Positions 36,971-49,729 of a DNA stretch of 64,000 nucleotides are shown here, piece after piece. The notes under the pieces were generated by a model. It worked only from the letters and a program-made list of their open reading frames with translations. It made no database searches and had not been told where the DNA came from. This DNA comes from Octopus sinensis (taxonomy: Eukaryota). The position numbers and the translations under genes are program-made. Numbering within the stretch: position 1 is the first letter of the stretch; the number at the start of each line of letters is the position of its first letter. The stretch is taken from positions 23,436,001-23,500,000 of the forward strand of contig NC_043000.1 in assembly GCF_006345805.1 (NCBI RefSeq). The letters run 5' to 3'.

Positions 36971-39792
36971 TTGGTACTTATATTTTAACAATTTCGGAAC
37001 ATCCAAAAGCGAACTTGATCTCGACTGGATCTGAACTTAAAATGTAAAGAGCCTCAACTAAATGCGATAGGCATTTAGTCTGATAGTCTAACATCTCTGC
37101 TCACCAATGATGGAAAAAGGGCGATGGTGGTACTCAAATGGTCAGCATTCGCCAACTTTTCAACTGACAAAAGTAGGAGCTTTACGATGTCTCCCTTTGT
37201 AATCTTCATTTTCATAGACCTTGGCGTACACTAAGTTCCTAAAATCCATTTTCTGACAATATTGCCATTTGATGTAGGTGTAATTTCTAAAGTGTGTTAT
37301 TAGAATGTCAGTTTGTGATATGATTAGATTTACAACAATAGTTAAAAAATACCGTATTTTAACGTGTTTAAGGAACCCCACTAATTTTGGGGTCTTAAAA
37401 TTTGGAAAAAAGGTTATCCATGAATAAGAAACTCCCATATTTTTTAGCCTAATTTTTGACAAAAAAGGGTTCCTTATACACATTGAAATATGGTATTTCA
37501 TCATTTTTTGTCAATAGATATGGTGTAGGATTATCTGTGTGTTTTTGATGTGGTTGGGAAGTGAATTTCTTAACCAAGCGGCTATGCCGGCATTTATATT
37601 TAGTCTATATAAACCTACATGTGTTTTTATCATCATTTAGTGCAGAACTTCTTTCAGTTTGCCTCAAATAGAACTGAGCCAAATTTTGATTAGTATCGAT
37701 TTATACATTAAGTTCACTGCTGACCTTAACCTTATTTTCAACATTCTCATTCGTGACATATATCTCTTGCATGTCACATGTCGTTTAGTCACAGCTAGTA
37801 TTCACATTGTCAGTCAAATGACATGAAATCATGTCAAAACATTTTTAGGTCAACAAGTGTAATTCTAAGATTTAAACACCAGTAGTCTTATCCTGATACT
37901 AGTGTCCTTCACACTTATAAAGACAGTAGTGAGTTGAGGGAGATTTTAGTTATTGTTTCTAGCAGGATGAGCAGTTTTAAGCAAAAGTTTTAATTAGGCC
38001 TCCCCAAATCAGATGTAACTCTATTAACCACCGCATAGGATATAACCTATGAATACACTTAGCGAAGTCAATTCTTTAATACTGCGATTTCAAGCGAGTT
38101 TTATTCTAAAAAGATTGAATAATGTATAAATGTAATACAGAATGTCATCTTAAGGTATGTGTAGACAGACGGGTGGTCTCACAGACTTAAGGGCATAATT
38201 ATAATCTATGTAAGTCAATAAATAAATACTGTAGGGCCCAATGAATGCATTGATTTGCCAGGGAGCCTATAGCAGTGCTAAGACAGCTCTAGAAGCAGGC
38301 ATTACGCGGACGACAAAATAAAAACATCAAACACGTGTTTACACGCTGTTGCTATTGTTTAGGTCCTGCCTGTTAACCTTAGTCGAAGAAGACCTTATGG
38401 TTAATGGCATTTCAGCTTTGACCATCCAGTGTCTTCCACCTCACATGTCAACCACGAAATTATCTAATGTGACCTTGCCCCCACTTATTATTTTTTTTTC
38501 AACATTAGGGTTTGATTTAAGGGAAGCATGATAAAGTTGTTGATAAAGTTAAAACTAATAAGGGTGGATAATAATAATAACAACAACAACAACTATTGAT
38601 GTGTTTAATCCACTGGTCATAAGTAACTGCTAAGCTCTTGCACCAGAGCTTAACACTAATTTAATTACGGCCAAGTAAAGAATTATGTCGAAATCATTTA
38701 TAAGCACCTCACGAGCTTCGTTTAGCAATTTCACAGAAATGAGATTAATGTCATGGAAGCTGCTATAGTCTTATGTAAAATAATATAAATTAATATTATT
38801 GGTCAAAACAACTTTAACAAGATGTGATAATAAAAGAAACATCGTTATTGTTGATTAAGTTGAAGCTAGAAACCAGTTATATTAATTAACTAATTAACTA
38901 GGCTCATTGAAGCAATCTGGCGACAAGTGAGACTGTGATAAGATCTGTTGGAAATAGCAGCCAACCTCTTCTCAAACCACACTGTCTTAAACAATGAAAG
39001 AATATATTCGATAATGTAGTTTGCTGTCTGGAGAAAACAGATGTGGATGGTCATGGCTGGAATGCTTTTGATTATAGATATCTGCTTGATCAAGTCTACC
39101 CTCGATTCAATAACTGAATGTGTCTCCGATCGCATCAAGTAACATCCTCTAGGCAGACGCTCAACATGCTAGAAATAGCAGCCAAATTCTTTCAGCTCAC
39201 CTTATTGTCTTAAAAAACGAGAAAGACACATTAGTCAAACGTCTTAGACGAGATAGTCGTAATTGGAACGTCTTTAATCATGAGTCTATTCAAATAATAT
39301 TGACTTTGGGACTAACAACAACGGGTCTACCACTGCAGGATATAAATAACATCGGACGATGTCAGTAAACAAGGAACTAATTATATTTTACATAAAAACA
39401 GAAACATAAAAAATGTGTCAACAAATATCTTGGCTCAAGCTTCGACTTATTTAATAAATATTTCTTTTCACATTCCTTATAAAAGATATTCTCCAATGTT
39501 GGATTCCGAAGTTATTTCGAAACTAAACAAGTTTGTCACATTTCGTTATTAATTAAAATAACGATAGTTCGAAATTCCATGCATGAAACAATATTTCTAC
39601 GCAGTACCATGGATATTATACAAGGGCTAACTTTATAAAAGGTGTATAAACAAAATATACGACTGTTTACTAAGAACAATTTTAAAATAACATCAAAATT
39701 TCCTTTACCTTTGCTGGTCACAACAAATTCGCAGCTTCGTTATAACTCCCAAGAGCAGATAACTCCACTTCAGTATGTTCTCATCTTACGTC

Positions 39793-39819
39793 AATAATAA
39801 TAATAATAATAATAATAAT
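39793..39819. repeat. (AAT)9 microsatellite at the Tx1 3' junction
   Basis: Direct inspection. Confidence 0.95.
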
Positions 39820-40100
39820 CAATTCTTTTTTATTGGCCACAAGGGCTGACACGCATGATTACATAAAGGGACAAGACAGGACGAAAGGTTACAAAGGGTT
39901 TTGCCGTTTTTTAAAAACATCGAGTAAAAATCTTTATAACAACTTATAAAATTCAACAATGAAAAACTCCCAAAAGGGGGAGACGTTTCGAAAGGTTCCT
40001 GGTGGAAAAAACCCTACAAAAGCCAACGGGAGCCTGGTCAAAAAAAGAGGGTGTAGAGAGTCTCCTTTCTTCTCCTTTTACATTACCTTTTTCTTTGAAA

Positions 40101-43100
40101 TCACAGGCGAAACCTGAGAACTGGTCCATTTATACAGGCCAGTCTCGCACAATTCACCCACCTTTCATAAAACTTGCTATCGGACAGTACTTTCCTCTCT
40201 AACCTCATCTTCCTTTTCAAGTGAAACTTGAAAAAGTTGATGAGGCCTTGACCAAAGAGGAAAGTGTCTGACTTTAGCCCTTTCAACCGAGTCCACCACA
40301 CGACTTCTTTCGCCACAGCCACAAGGCACAAGAAAACGGCCTCGCCCTCCTTGTTAAAGGAGGTCGGCGGGGCAATCTTCACTATGGATTCGGCCGATAG
40401 TCGGATCCGTCCTATACGTGACAGTAGCTGTTCGACATAAACCCATATTTCAGCAATACTCGGGCACTGAACGAGTGCGTGCAGAACGGTTTCATCGTCC
40501 TGGCAACACCTCGGCAGGCCCGGCTGACGGCACTTCCGTGCCGGTAGAGTTTATCTCGAACAGGCAGAGCCCCTCGGTAGCACTGCCAGGCGAGAGACCT
40601 CTGGAAATTATCCATCGGCCCCGGCCCGAAAGTCCTCCCGAACAGACCGCTCAGTTCGTCGTCTTCAACGCCTAGAGTTTCCCCGAGAACGTCGTCGCAT
40701 TTTTCCTCCACTAACCTCTATAGAACGCTAGAGTGGAGCTGTAACCGACCGCATTGCCCGCCTGGCGGAGGGCGGAGAGGGCTTGACGGCACTCGAGGTG
40801 CCAAGCGCCCTTTCTCGGTCTACGTTTGATCCAGGTCTGCAGCTCCGTCAAAGAGACGAGCTGCGGAAAATCGCGTCTGACAAAAGACGACCACACCTGT
40901 TCACCGTCTAGGAAGCGCTTGAGATGCCGCAGCCTGAGCGCATGTCTGCGCACACAGCAACCACGGCATTCCAAGGCCTCCGTTCAGCGGTCGTTGACAG
41001 CAGATGGATCGCCTGACCAGTGGCACCTGACCCTTCCACAAAAAGTCGAAGAGCAGGCGTACCAGCTTGGCCAACCAGCGGTCGGGACAAGGGACGACGG
41101 TCAAGCGGTAATAGATGACGGATGCGATGTACGCATTCGCCACCTCCGCTCGACCTTTCAGGGACAGCTTCCTCTCGGCCCATTTCTGGGTGAGACGTGC
41201 CACCCTGCTCGTCACCTCTTCCCAGTTCTTATCCACCTGGAGGTCCGGACCGAACCAGACCCCGAGCAGTTTAACGGGTCCGTCTGTCCAGCGCCCTACG
41301 ACGCTGTTGGACGGCATGGGCTTGCCTCTCCAGGTGCCCAGTTGCAAGCCCACAGACTTTTCCGCGTTAATCTTTGCCCCTGTCACCGCTTCGTACTGGT
41401 TTAGCGTCTCGCCAATCAGGCCAATGTGCCTGTGGCTCGACACCACCACGGTGACGTCGTCGGCATAAGCAGACACGCTGTTTCCGCCTCCTAGATCGCG
41501 CGGGATGCCCCTCAAAGCCTCCAACTTGCGCAGTAATGGCTCGAGAGTCAAAATGTACAAGAGGGAGGAGAGAGGGCATCCTTGGCGGACCGAACGCGAG
41601 ATGTCGAACGGTTCCGAAAGGTGACCGTTCACTCGTATCACCGAGCAGATGTTGCTGTATAAAGCAGCGATCCATCCGCGGAAGACTGGACCGAAGCCGG
41701 CTGCCCTGAGGACATTGCCAGGTACCGATGGTCGACCCTATCGAGGCTTTACTCTGATCCAAGTTGATCAAAGCCCCACCCGCGCCAGCGTCGTTACCCA
41801 CCCTCTCTATGATGTAGCGCATGAGATGGAGGTTGTCGTGTATCGACCTGGTCGGCACGCGCATGTCTGCGGTCCGCCGACCAGCTTGTCCACGACAAGC
41901 GCCAATCTCTTGGCTAGCACCTTGGCCAAAATCTTCAACTCTGCATTGAGCAGAGTGATGGGCCGGAAATTCCCTATAACGTCCCCCTTGTTTGGGTCCT
42001 TCTTTAGCAATGCCACCACCCCTCGACAGACAAAAGCAGGAATTCTCCCGTTTTGCTGCCAGTTGCAGTAGACGTTTGCCAACAGGTCCGCAAACAAGTC
42101 TGGCATTGAAAAGTAAAGCTCGTAGGGCAGACCATCCAAACCGGCAATCTACCTCTCGTGCAACTTTCTTCATCGCTTCCTGTACTTCCCAGGCAGATAT
42201 CGGTCCTTCGCAGCACTCTGCCTCGCTGTCCGAGAGTTGCGGCAGTCCGTCCAGTACACACCGAAGTCTGTACCGTTGGTGTCCGTTCCACCGCTCGTCC
42301 CAAACAGTTGAGCAAAGTGCCGCTGAAGCACCGTACACATCTGCTTCGGTTGGGTAACCTCGCGCCCGTTCTGGTCCACCAAAGACCGAATGGTTGCTCT
42401 GTTGCCTCGCTTCGCCTCCGCCACGCGGGCCCATCGAGCGGCTCTAGTCCCCTCCCCGCTTAGCGAACGTGCCTTAGCTCTGACAACGCAGCCTTCGTGT
42501 TTGGCGTCGAAGTGTTGGTCGAGGCCCACCTTGCCGCCAACACGTCGGTCGCGATGCCAGTGTCAAGAGCCTCGTCTAGTTTCTTAACTAAATCCCGCTC
42601 TCTCTTCCTACGTTTAATAGCTAGAGTCTTACTATACCTAATCGACTCTACTCTAATTGCTCTCTTGAGGGCAAACCACCAGTTGTTGTTGATGATTGCC
42701 CCCGTGAGCGCCCGCTTAACTAGTAAACTAATCCGGTCTCTGTAAGCTTTGCACGCCGTTAACGACGCGTTCAGCTTCCAGTAACCGGGTCCCTGTCTAT
42801 GTAGCCTATCTAAGTCGACCGTACAGATCACTAATTTGTGGTCCGTATATTCGACTAGGTGGAATTGTGGACACCCTACGCTGTCCTTATCCGCTGGCCT
42901 ACAAAACACTCTATCTAAGTACGATCTAGACGACCCGATGCGGTTTGTCCAAGTCCACATTGGCACATTCGGGTTGTCTAGTCGAAACCTGTCGGACAGC
43001 TGAAAGCGGCCGAGTAGGTTGGCGAGGCTCTTGCACCCTCCCCCTCTCCTATCAGACGCTCCCCTGCCCACACCGATCGAAACGTTCGTCTAAGACAGCG

Positions 43101-43530
43101 TTCCAATCCCCAACTAGTACTAGAGTGCGTGACGTTCCCAGGAAAACTTCCAGACGTTTGAAATAATCCGACTGCCCTGCTCCTGTCGGAGCGTAGGCAG
43201 CCAGCAGTCTGAAAGCACCGCCGTCACTACCGTCCACGTCGAGGACCACCAACTTACCTTCCGGATCCAAGAAGACTGTCCTTATTTTCAGGTCCAGGCC
43301 CTTCCGAACAACACCGCAGTACCACCACCGCCCGCTCCCGGCCGACACGGAGATAGTAATATCTCGTATCCGCCGAAAAGGGCTGCGAGTTCCTGCGGGT
43401 CGGAGAGCCTGGTTTCACTGATGGCTGCTACATCCACATCATGAAACCTCAGGTCGTTTAACAGGTGACCCTGTTTCCAAGGTGACCCGAGGCCTCTCAC
43501 ATTCAAGCAACCGATTCTAAGATTTGCCAT
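40101..43530 (-). pseudogene. Tx1-like ORF2 (AP endonuclease + reverse transcriptase + C-terminal zinc finger), frameshifted
   Basis: MANLRIGCLNVRGL...ISET; LVGDWNAVLD; SYLDRVF; TDHKLV; GPGYWKLN; DGLPYELY; NFRPITLLN..KILAKVLA.RL; RQGCPLS..LY; SAYADDVT; LGVWFG. Split into overlapping ORFs by single-base shifts. Confidence 0.9.
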
Positions 43531-43569
43531 GTTTCAAAAGTTAGGGGAAAAAAAATGCGAAAAAAGGCT

Positions 43570-44398
43570 CTACTTACTGTTGTTGGTGGTGGGGGTGGCT
43601 CCCTTGTGCTTTTGCACGGGTGCTTCAATGATATTTTTGTAAAGTTTCTGAGAGAAACTTTTCCCTAACGATCCCACATCGTTAGGGAATATTTGTTTTA
43701 TTTCGTTGTAAACTGTTTTGTTTATTTTTATTGTGAGAATGTGTGCTGGTGGTGTGTTGTGTGTAGGTATTATGAAATCTGTAATGTTTGTGCTTGTTTT
43801 GTTTTTCAAATACTCAACCAGTTCCTGGTTTCTTGTATTCACTGCTGTAATCGTGTCTGTAATTGTGTCTGTGTTTGTTTGTGTCTGTGGTAGTGGCAGT
43901 AGTGGTGTCGAAAGTGTTGTTGTTGTTGTTGTTGTTTGTTGTTGTGGGGGTGTGTTGTTGTTGATGTTGTTGTTGATGTTGGGAAGTACTATTTGTTCGT
44001 GTTTCCCCTGTAAATCTTTTTGTTTTTTCCTCCTTTTCTTTTTTGGAGGCACTATGTTCCATTCTCCTTTGTTGGAATCAGAGCTCGCACAATCCGAGAT
44101 CTCTTCATCCGGCAAAGGAATGGTTGAGGGGTCTGCTTCAGTAGCAGGACGAAAAGTTTCTGGTTCCGCCGGTATCGGTGGTGCCGCTGCTCCTGTTACT
44201 GTTGATGTCGCTGCTGTCGACCTTCGAGGTACTGGTGTCGGTGTTGGTTTGGTGGTGGTTGTCGGTGTTGTTTGGTGTTGGTTGTTTTGTTGTTGGAGGT
44301 GGTGTTGTTCGTCTTGGTGCTGGTGTTGGTGATGGTGTTGGTGGTGTGGCAGCCTTTGGTGTTTCTGCTGTTTTTGTTGTTTCTGTTGTTGTTGCTTG

Positions 44399-44429
<31 letters not shown>

Positions 44430-45451
44430 GCTGCTGCCTCTTGCTATACTCCTCCATTCTCTTTTTTTGAATGGGCAGTCCTTTTTAGGTGGCTTTCGCT
44501 ACTGCAGAGGAAACATTTTGGCTTTCGCCCCTCTACAATAACATTTAGCCTTGTCCCATCCAGCAAGATGACAAAGTCAGGTATGGCATTGATGTTTTCT
44601 GCTGGATCTGTACCAGCAGTTGAATACCCATGCCTGACCAGTTCTTTTCTCGTACCCTCCGAACATTCAGAATAGTGGCAGTGTCTTCTATGCCATAGAG
44701 GACAGCCGCCACTAGCCATGAGATTTTCTGTTCGGGGGGTATTGTGCTTATAGTTATTTTTTGTACCTTACGCCCGAGGTACGTCGGGAGGAACAAATGT
44801 TCATTTTGCAAGGGCGAAATGGCGTTCGCCCTTGCAAGCTCCTCTGTTGGGAAGCGAACCTCCACGGTTCCAAATCGCTTCCCTCTTGTCACATAGCTCT
44901 TCTGGCCCCAAATGGGCTTCAGAGCCATCTCTAACTGTTGTGGTGTGGCGTTAACAATCTTTTAGTTTTCTTTTCGAAGACTTTATAAAAGATTGTTCTT
45001 TTGTTTGTCTCTTGTGTGAGTTGTTGAGGTGTGTTGAGGAAACACTGTTCCCCTCCTTTCTCAACAAATCTTGTGCCATCTTTATGTCCTCCATCGTTAT
45101 TTCTACATCTTCCGAAATTTGCTTCGCAGCAGAAGCAAATCGTTAGAGTTTTTTACATTTTTTGTTGGTTCTTGTCTGTATTTTTGTCTGTTATAAGTTT
45201 CTTTTCCTCCCTCTTCGGTACAGCATCACTTGTTGAAGGCAGAGGAGGGAAATCAAGAGTGACGTCGAACGCGACGTCCTGGCTTGCATTCTCCTTTTGA
45301 ACCGAGCGCGTGCTCTCCGGTTCGGAAGGAGGATCTTGTTGCCTTTTACGGCTTGAAATGGGTTGTACGTAACCCGTGACGTTGCCTTTTGTTCTTGTGG
45401 AGGGGGTGTTGCAAGAAGGAGGGAAGAGCCAGCAGCTCGTTTTAAAGCCAT
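43570..45451 (-). pseudogene. Tx1-like ORF1 (gag-like, zinc knuckle, polyQ/low-complexity tail), frameshifted
   Basis: Probable start MALKRAAG at 45451. GRKPKCFLCSSESHLKRT resembles a CX2CX4H knuckle. Q/H/T-rich tail with PPKKKRRKK NLS-like motif. Confidence 0.7.
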
Positions 45452-45670
45452 TTTGTAAATGTGTGTGTGCATAAAAATGTCAATTTCAATGTAATAAAGA
45501 GCAATTTCACCCCGAAGGGGCAAAATTTCGCCCAACCGACGAGGCTCCGCAAGAAGCCGGTCGGTTTGGCTACAAAAATATTAAAAATATTCAAACCTAT
45601 TAAAAAATTTCCAATAAAATTGGCACAAAACTCACAGAGCTGATTCACGTACGTCCATCGGCGTCGGAAA

Positions 45671-45671
<1 letters not shown>

Positions 45672-45707
<36 letters not shown>
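45672..45707. repeat. (AAT)12 between the Tx1 5' end and the Dong-like fragment
   Basis: Direct inspection. Confidence 0.95.
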
Positions 45708-45708
<1 letters not shown>

Positions 45709-46367
45709 TATAAAAAACCTGGATTTGCCCCATGAAAAAAACTGGTGGGAACACAAACCACCCCCAGTGCTTGAAAATGACCACATCTCACTCCTCTGGA
45801 ACTTCACCATTCAAACTGACAGGAAGATAGATGCAAATAGGCCAGACATCATATTGAAAGACTTCAAACAAAGAACATGCCTCCTCATTGATATGACTGT
45901 CCCAATCGATATAAACGTATCTGTCAGGACCTACCAAAAACTGAGCAAATATAAAGATCATTGAAATAGAAATCAGCAAAATGTGGAAGCTGAAGACTAA
46001 ACAATACCTGTTGTCATAGGTGCCCTGGGAATGATAGCAAAAGGGGCTGATAGCTACCTAACTCAGATACCAGGAAACCCAAAATGGCAGAAGTTCAAAA
46101 GATAGTGCTCATGGGACTGCTCATATCCTACGCAAAATACTCTCTATGTAACCTCAAGGTTTAAAACAACCATAATTTCGGTTTAAAAAAAAAAAAAAAA
46201 AAAAAAACTTTTTTTTTTAGACATTCATTAGTACAACATCCCCACCCCCCAAATATATGGCACACTAGGCATAACAACAACATGAACTTCCAACCCTGTT
46301 GTCTCTTGAGGTCTCTGGGTGAGACTTGGAGCCAACTTGTACAAATATAAAGCAAAAGTCAAACATA

Positions 46368-46368
<1 letters not shown>
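45708..46368 (+). mobile_element. 5'-truncated R4/Dong-clade non-LTR element (restriction-like endonuclease domain + 3' UTR)
   Basis: WWEHKPPPVLEND..LLWNFTIQTDRKIDANRPDIIL.D......LLIDMTVP...KLSKY, then (frameshifted) IPVVIGALG...VQKIVLMG..HILRKIL. This is the RPD..D..K.KY RLE signature. Confidence 0.8.

Positions 46369-46428
<60 letters not shown>
46369..46428. repeat. (AAT)20 microsatellite
   Basis: Direct inspection. Confidence 0.95.
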
Positions 46429-47200
46429 TCGTTTATTGGCCACAAGGGCTAACAAAAATCAGTTAAATACCAAACATAAAGGGATAAAACACAGGACGAA
46501 AGTTACAAAGGGTTTTGTCCGTTTGAAAAAGTCCGTGTACAAAAGCAGGATAACAACGAAATGTAAGTAACAATAGGGGGGAGGCGCTTCGAAAGGTTAC
46601 TCGTGGAAAAACCCATAAACTCCACGGGAGCCTGGCCAAAAGGTGGGTAGAGAGCCCCTTTCTCCTTTTATATTTCCTTTTAATTTTCACAGGCGTATCC
46701 TCAGAATTGGTCCGTTCATACTGGCCATTCTTGCGACATTCGCCCACCTTTCAATAAACTTGCTATCAGACATCACTTCCCTCTCTACTCTCTACTTTCC
46801 TTTTCAAGCGAAACTTGAAAAAGTTGATGAGGCTTTCGGCAAAGAGGAAATTGTCTGACCTTAGCCCTTTCAAACGGGTCCAGCATATCACCTCTTTCGC
46901 TATAACCACTAGGCAAAGGAAAACTGCATTGCCCTCCCGGTTAAAGGAGGTCGGCGGGGCAATTCTCACTATGGATTCAGCTGATAGTTGATCCGTCCTA
47001 TACGCGACAGTAGCTGTTCGGCATAAACCCATAGTTCAGCAATATTCGGGCACTGGACGAGTGCATGCAGAACGGTTTCATCGTCCTGGGCGCACCTCGG
47101 GCAGGCCCGTCTGACGGCACTTCCGTGCCGGTTGAGTTTATCCCGAACAGGCAGAGCCCCTCGGTAGCACTGCCAGGCGAGGGACCTTTGGAAATTATCC

Positions 47201-47202
<2 letters not shown>
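46429..47202 (-). mobile_element. Second, 5'-truncated Tx1-like copy (diverged subfamily)
   Basis: MDNFQRSLAWQCYRGALPVRDKL...CPRCAQDDETVLHALVQCP matches 40400-40615. Similar 3' UTR end (gtggccaataaa). Confidence 0.9.
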
Positions 47203-47239
<37 letters not shown>

Positions 47240-47245
47240 GTAATA

Positions 47246-47287
<42 letters not shown>

Positions 47288-47353
47288 GTAATAGTAATAA
47301 TAGTAGTAGTGGTAGTAGTTAGTAGTAGTAGTAGTAGTAGTAGTAGTAATAAT
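47203..47353. repeat. (AAT)/(AGT)n compound microsatellite
   Basis: Direct inspection. Forms the tail of the adjacent CR1-type fragment. Confidence 0.95.
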
Positions 47354-48043
47354 GAAATTATTGTATACAGTGCTCAGGTGCACCACAACTTGTCAAAAGT
47401 GCGTATAAAGCATATGCAGTAATGTACAAATGACTGGAAAGTGAACAGTGAATGAGTCAGCTACATGCTTGCGTGTGTATGGAGGGGAGAAAATCAGGTG
47501 TAGTATTGGCGAATCTCAGGAAGCATGGAAGTTTTGAAGGATGCAGTGCTCCGACAACTAATAACTGATGCCGGCATTTTGTTCCATGCTTCAGCAACTC
47601 TTAGCATGAAAAAATGTTTCCGAAAGTCATGGGAGCTGTGCTGTTTTCTGACTTTGTAAACATGTCCACGGGTGTTAGACAGGTGGAGTTTGAAAAGGTG
47701 CTCAGAGTTATTGTTAGTAAGATGGTTAATAATTTTATGGGTGTCTACCAAGTCAGCTGCCAGACATTAGAGTTTCAATGTATCCATGCCCAGGGAAGTA
47801 AGGCGTTCAGAATATGGCAAATGCCTGATGGAGGGTATTCTCTTGGTTGCACGTCGCTGAACGGCTTCCAGACTATTAATATCCTGGGCAAGATAGGGGT
47901 TCCAGACCGGTGATGCAAATTCTAGGTGAGGTTGCACCATAGCTATATAAAGCTGCAGATAGATAGTTGGAGAGCGGCTCACAAAGGACTTGGTGAGTGA
48001 TGCCAAGACACCCTCAGCCTTCTTGGCAATTTTAGCAATATGG
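47354..48043 (-). mobile_element. 5'-truncated CR1/L2-group LINE
   Basis: LYIAMVQPHLEFASPVWNPY...LEAVQRRATKRIP...YSERL...TRGHVYKV...FFMLRVAEAWN. Its 3' end is identical in form to 35547-35976. Confidence 0.85.
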
Positions 48044-49729
48044 TCTTGTCACATTTTGTGTCACAATGAATCTCCCTGGCAACTACATTAAGGGTATGTG
48101 TATCAGCCACTTGCGTGTTAATTTCATGAGCAGGCTGGTTCTGTCGATCAGATCAACTGGAACGCTTGTGATCTTAACCAACAGAGCGCAGTTATATGTA
48201 CATGTGTGTGAGTGTCTGTATGTATTCACAGACATTGGTCCAGAAACAGCTTGAGAAGATTCCATGTATATAACATGCTTACACACACACACACACACAC
48301 ACACACGAAATGGCTGACACTAGAAAAGACAAAATTAATAATGGAAAATTTCCATAACACACTTGAATTTGAACTTTTGATATTTCATTTTCTAGAAATC
48401 CGAAACCCAGTAGACACTCACGATAAACCATCTCACAGCAGCAAATGGATTCAAGTAATACCATGGGAGATATTAGCATTTATGTTGAAATATAAAACCT
48501 TCAGAAATTAATTTTATGTCTCAAAAGAAACTTTCTTGTGTCATTTGTAATCTATATTAGATGTTCCACAAAGCCTAAACCAGCAAAATCTAAGTCCTCC
48601 AATCTCTAGTCACCATCAGTCTGTGCTGGTTGCCATTGGGGCCTCAGGTGTTTTCAGCCCCTGCACTACTGATTTCCTCCACAAAACCAGGATAACTATG
48701 GTCCATCTAAGAAACGAGCTCCGTAAGATGGGATGGCTGTTGCAATAAGTGCTGCTGGCCATTCTCCAGGGCAACACCTTAGCAATTATGTCCATGAGGT
48801 GTGGCCAAACATACCATTTACTCTGGGAGAGTACAACTTGTTATTTCCTCTCCCATATCTTCTGCTGCTTGCCTCTCTCCCTGTTTTTCATTTTTTTTTT
48901 TGTTTCTTTGCTGAAGTAGTTATAGGGTTTTTTCTCAATAATTTGAACTTTTAAATTCTTTTATTTGTTTCAGTCATTTGACTGCAGCCATGCTGGAGCA
49001 CTGCCTTTAGTTGAACAAATCAATCCCAGGACTTATTCTTTGTAAGCCTAGTACTTATTTTATCTGTTTCTTTTGCCGAACCACTAAGTTACAGGGATCT
49101 AAATGCACCATCATCGGTTGTCAAGTGATGGTTGGGGGGCAAACACAGACACACACACATATGTATATTTATATACACGACGGGCTTCTTTCAGTTTCTG
49201 TCTACCGAATCCACTCACAAGGCCTTGGTCAGCCTGAGGCTATAGTAGAAGACACTTGCCCAAGGTGCCATGCAGTGGGACTGAACCCAGAACCATGAGG
49301 TTGGGAAGCATGCTTCTTACCACACAGCCACACCTACATCTGTTTAATGTTTTTTTTCTTTTCTTTCTTTTCTTCCTATAAAAATATATTGTTGATATGC
49401 CTTCCACAAAAATGTAGAATGACAAGATTCTTTCTGTGTTTGCATACAAACTTCACTCCTGGGACTTTGGTATGCCTTGGGGTTTATAGTAGAAGACACT
49501 TGCCTAGAGTGCCATGAAGTAGAACTGAACTTGAAACCACATGGTTGGGAAGTGAACTTCTTAACCACCCAGCCACACCTACACTTCCATTTTTATATTA
49601 TTTTAGAATTAAGTTTCCTTCAGTGAAGATAAAGAATGAATTTGATAAAAAATAGAATGAAAAATATCAATACTGAAGATTGACTTCCTTGAGTAAGAAA
49701 GAGTGACTATGTCCCTTGGAATAGGGGTA

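Larger units (their letters stand above)
39820..45671 (-). mobile_element. Near full-length Tx1-like (L1 group) non-LTR retrotransposon
   Basis: GC-rich 5.85-kb block with ORF1 and ORF2 (APE-RT-zinc finger), AATAAA near the 3' end (39828-39834 minus), and (AAT)n on both sides. Confidence 0.9.

Noticed and set aside
43693-44675. Val/Leu-rich plus-strand ORFs that look like membrane proteins
   Set aside because: Antisense translations of the (CAA)n-rich Tx1 ORF1.
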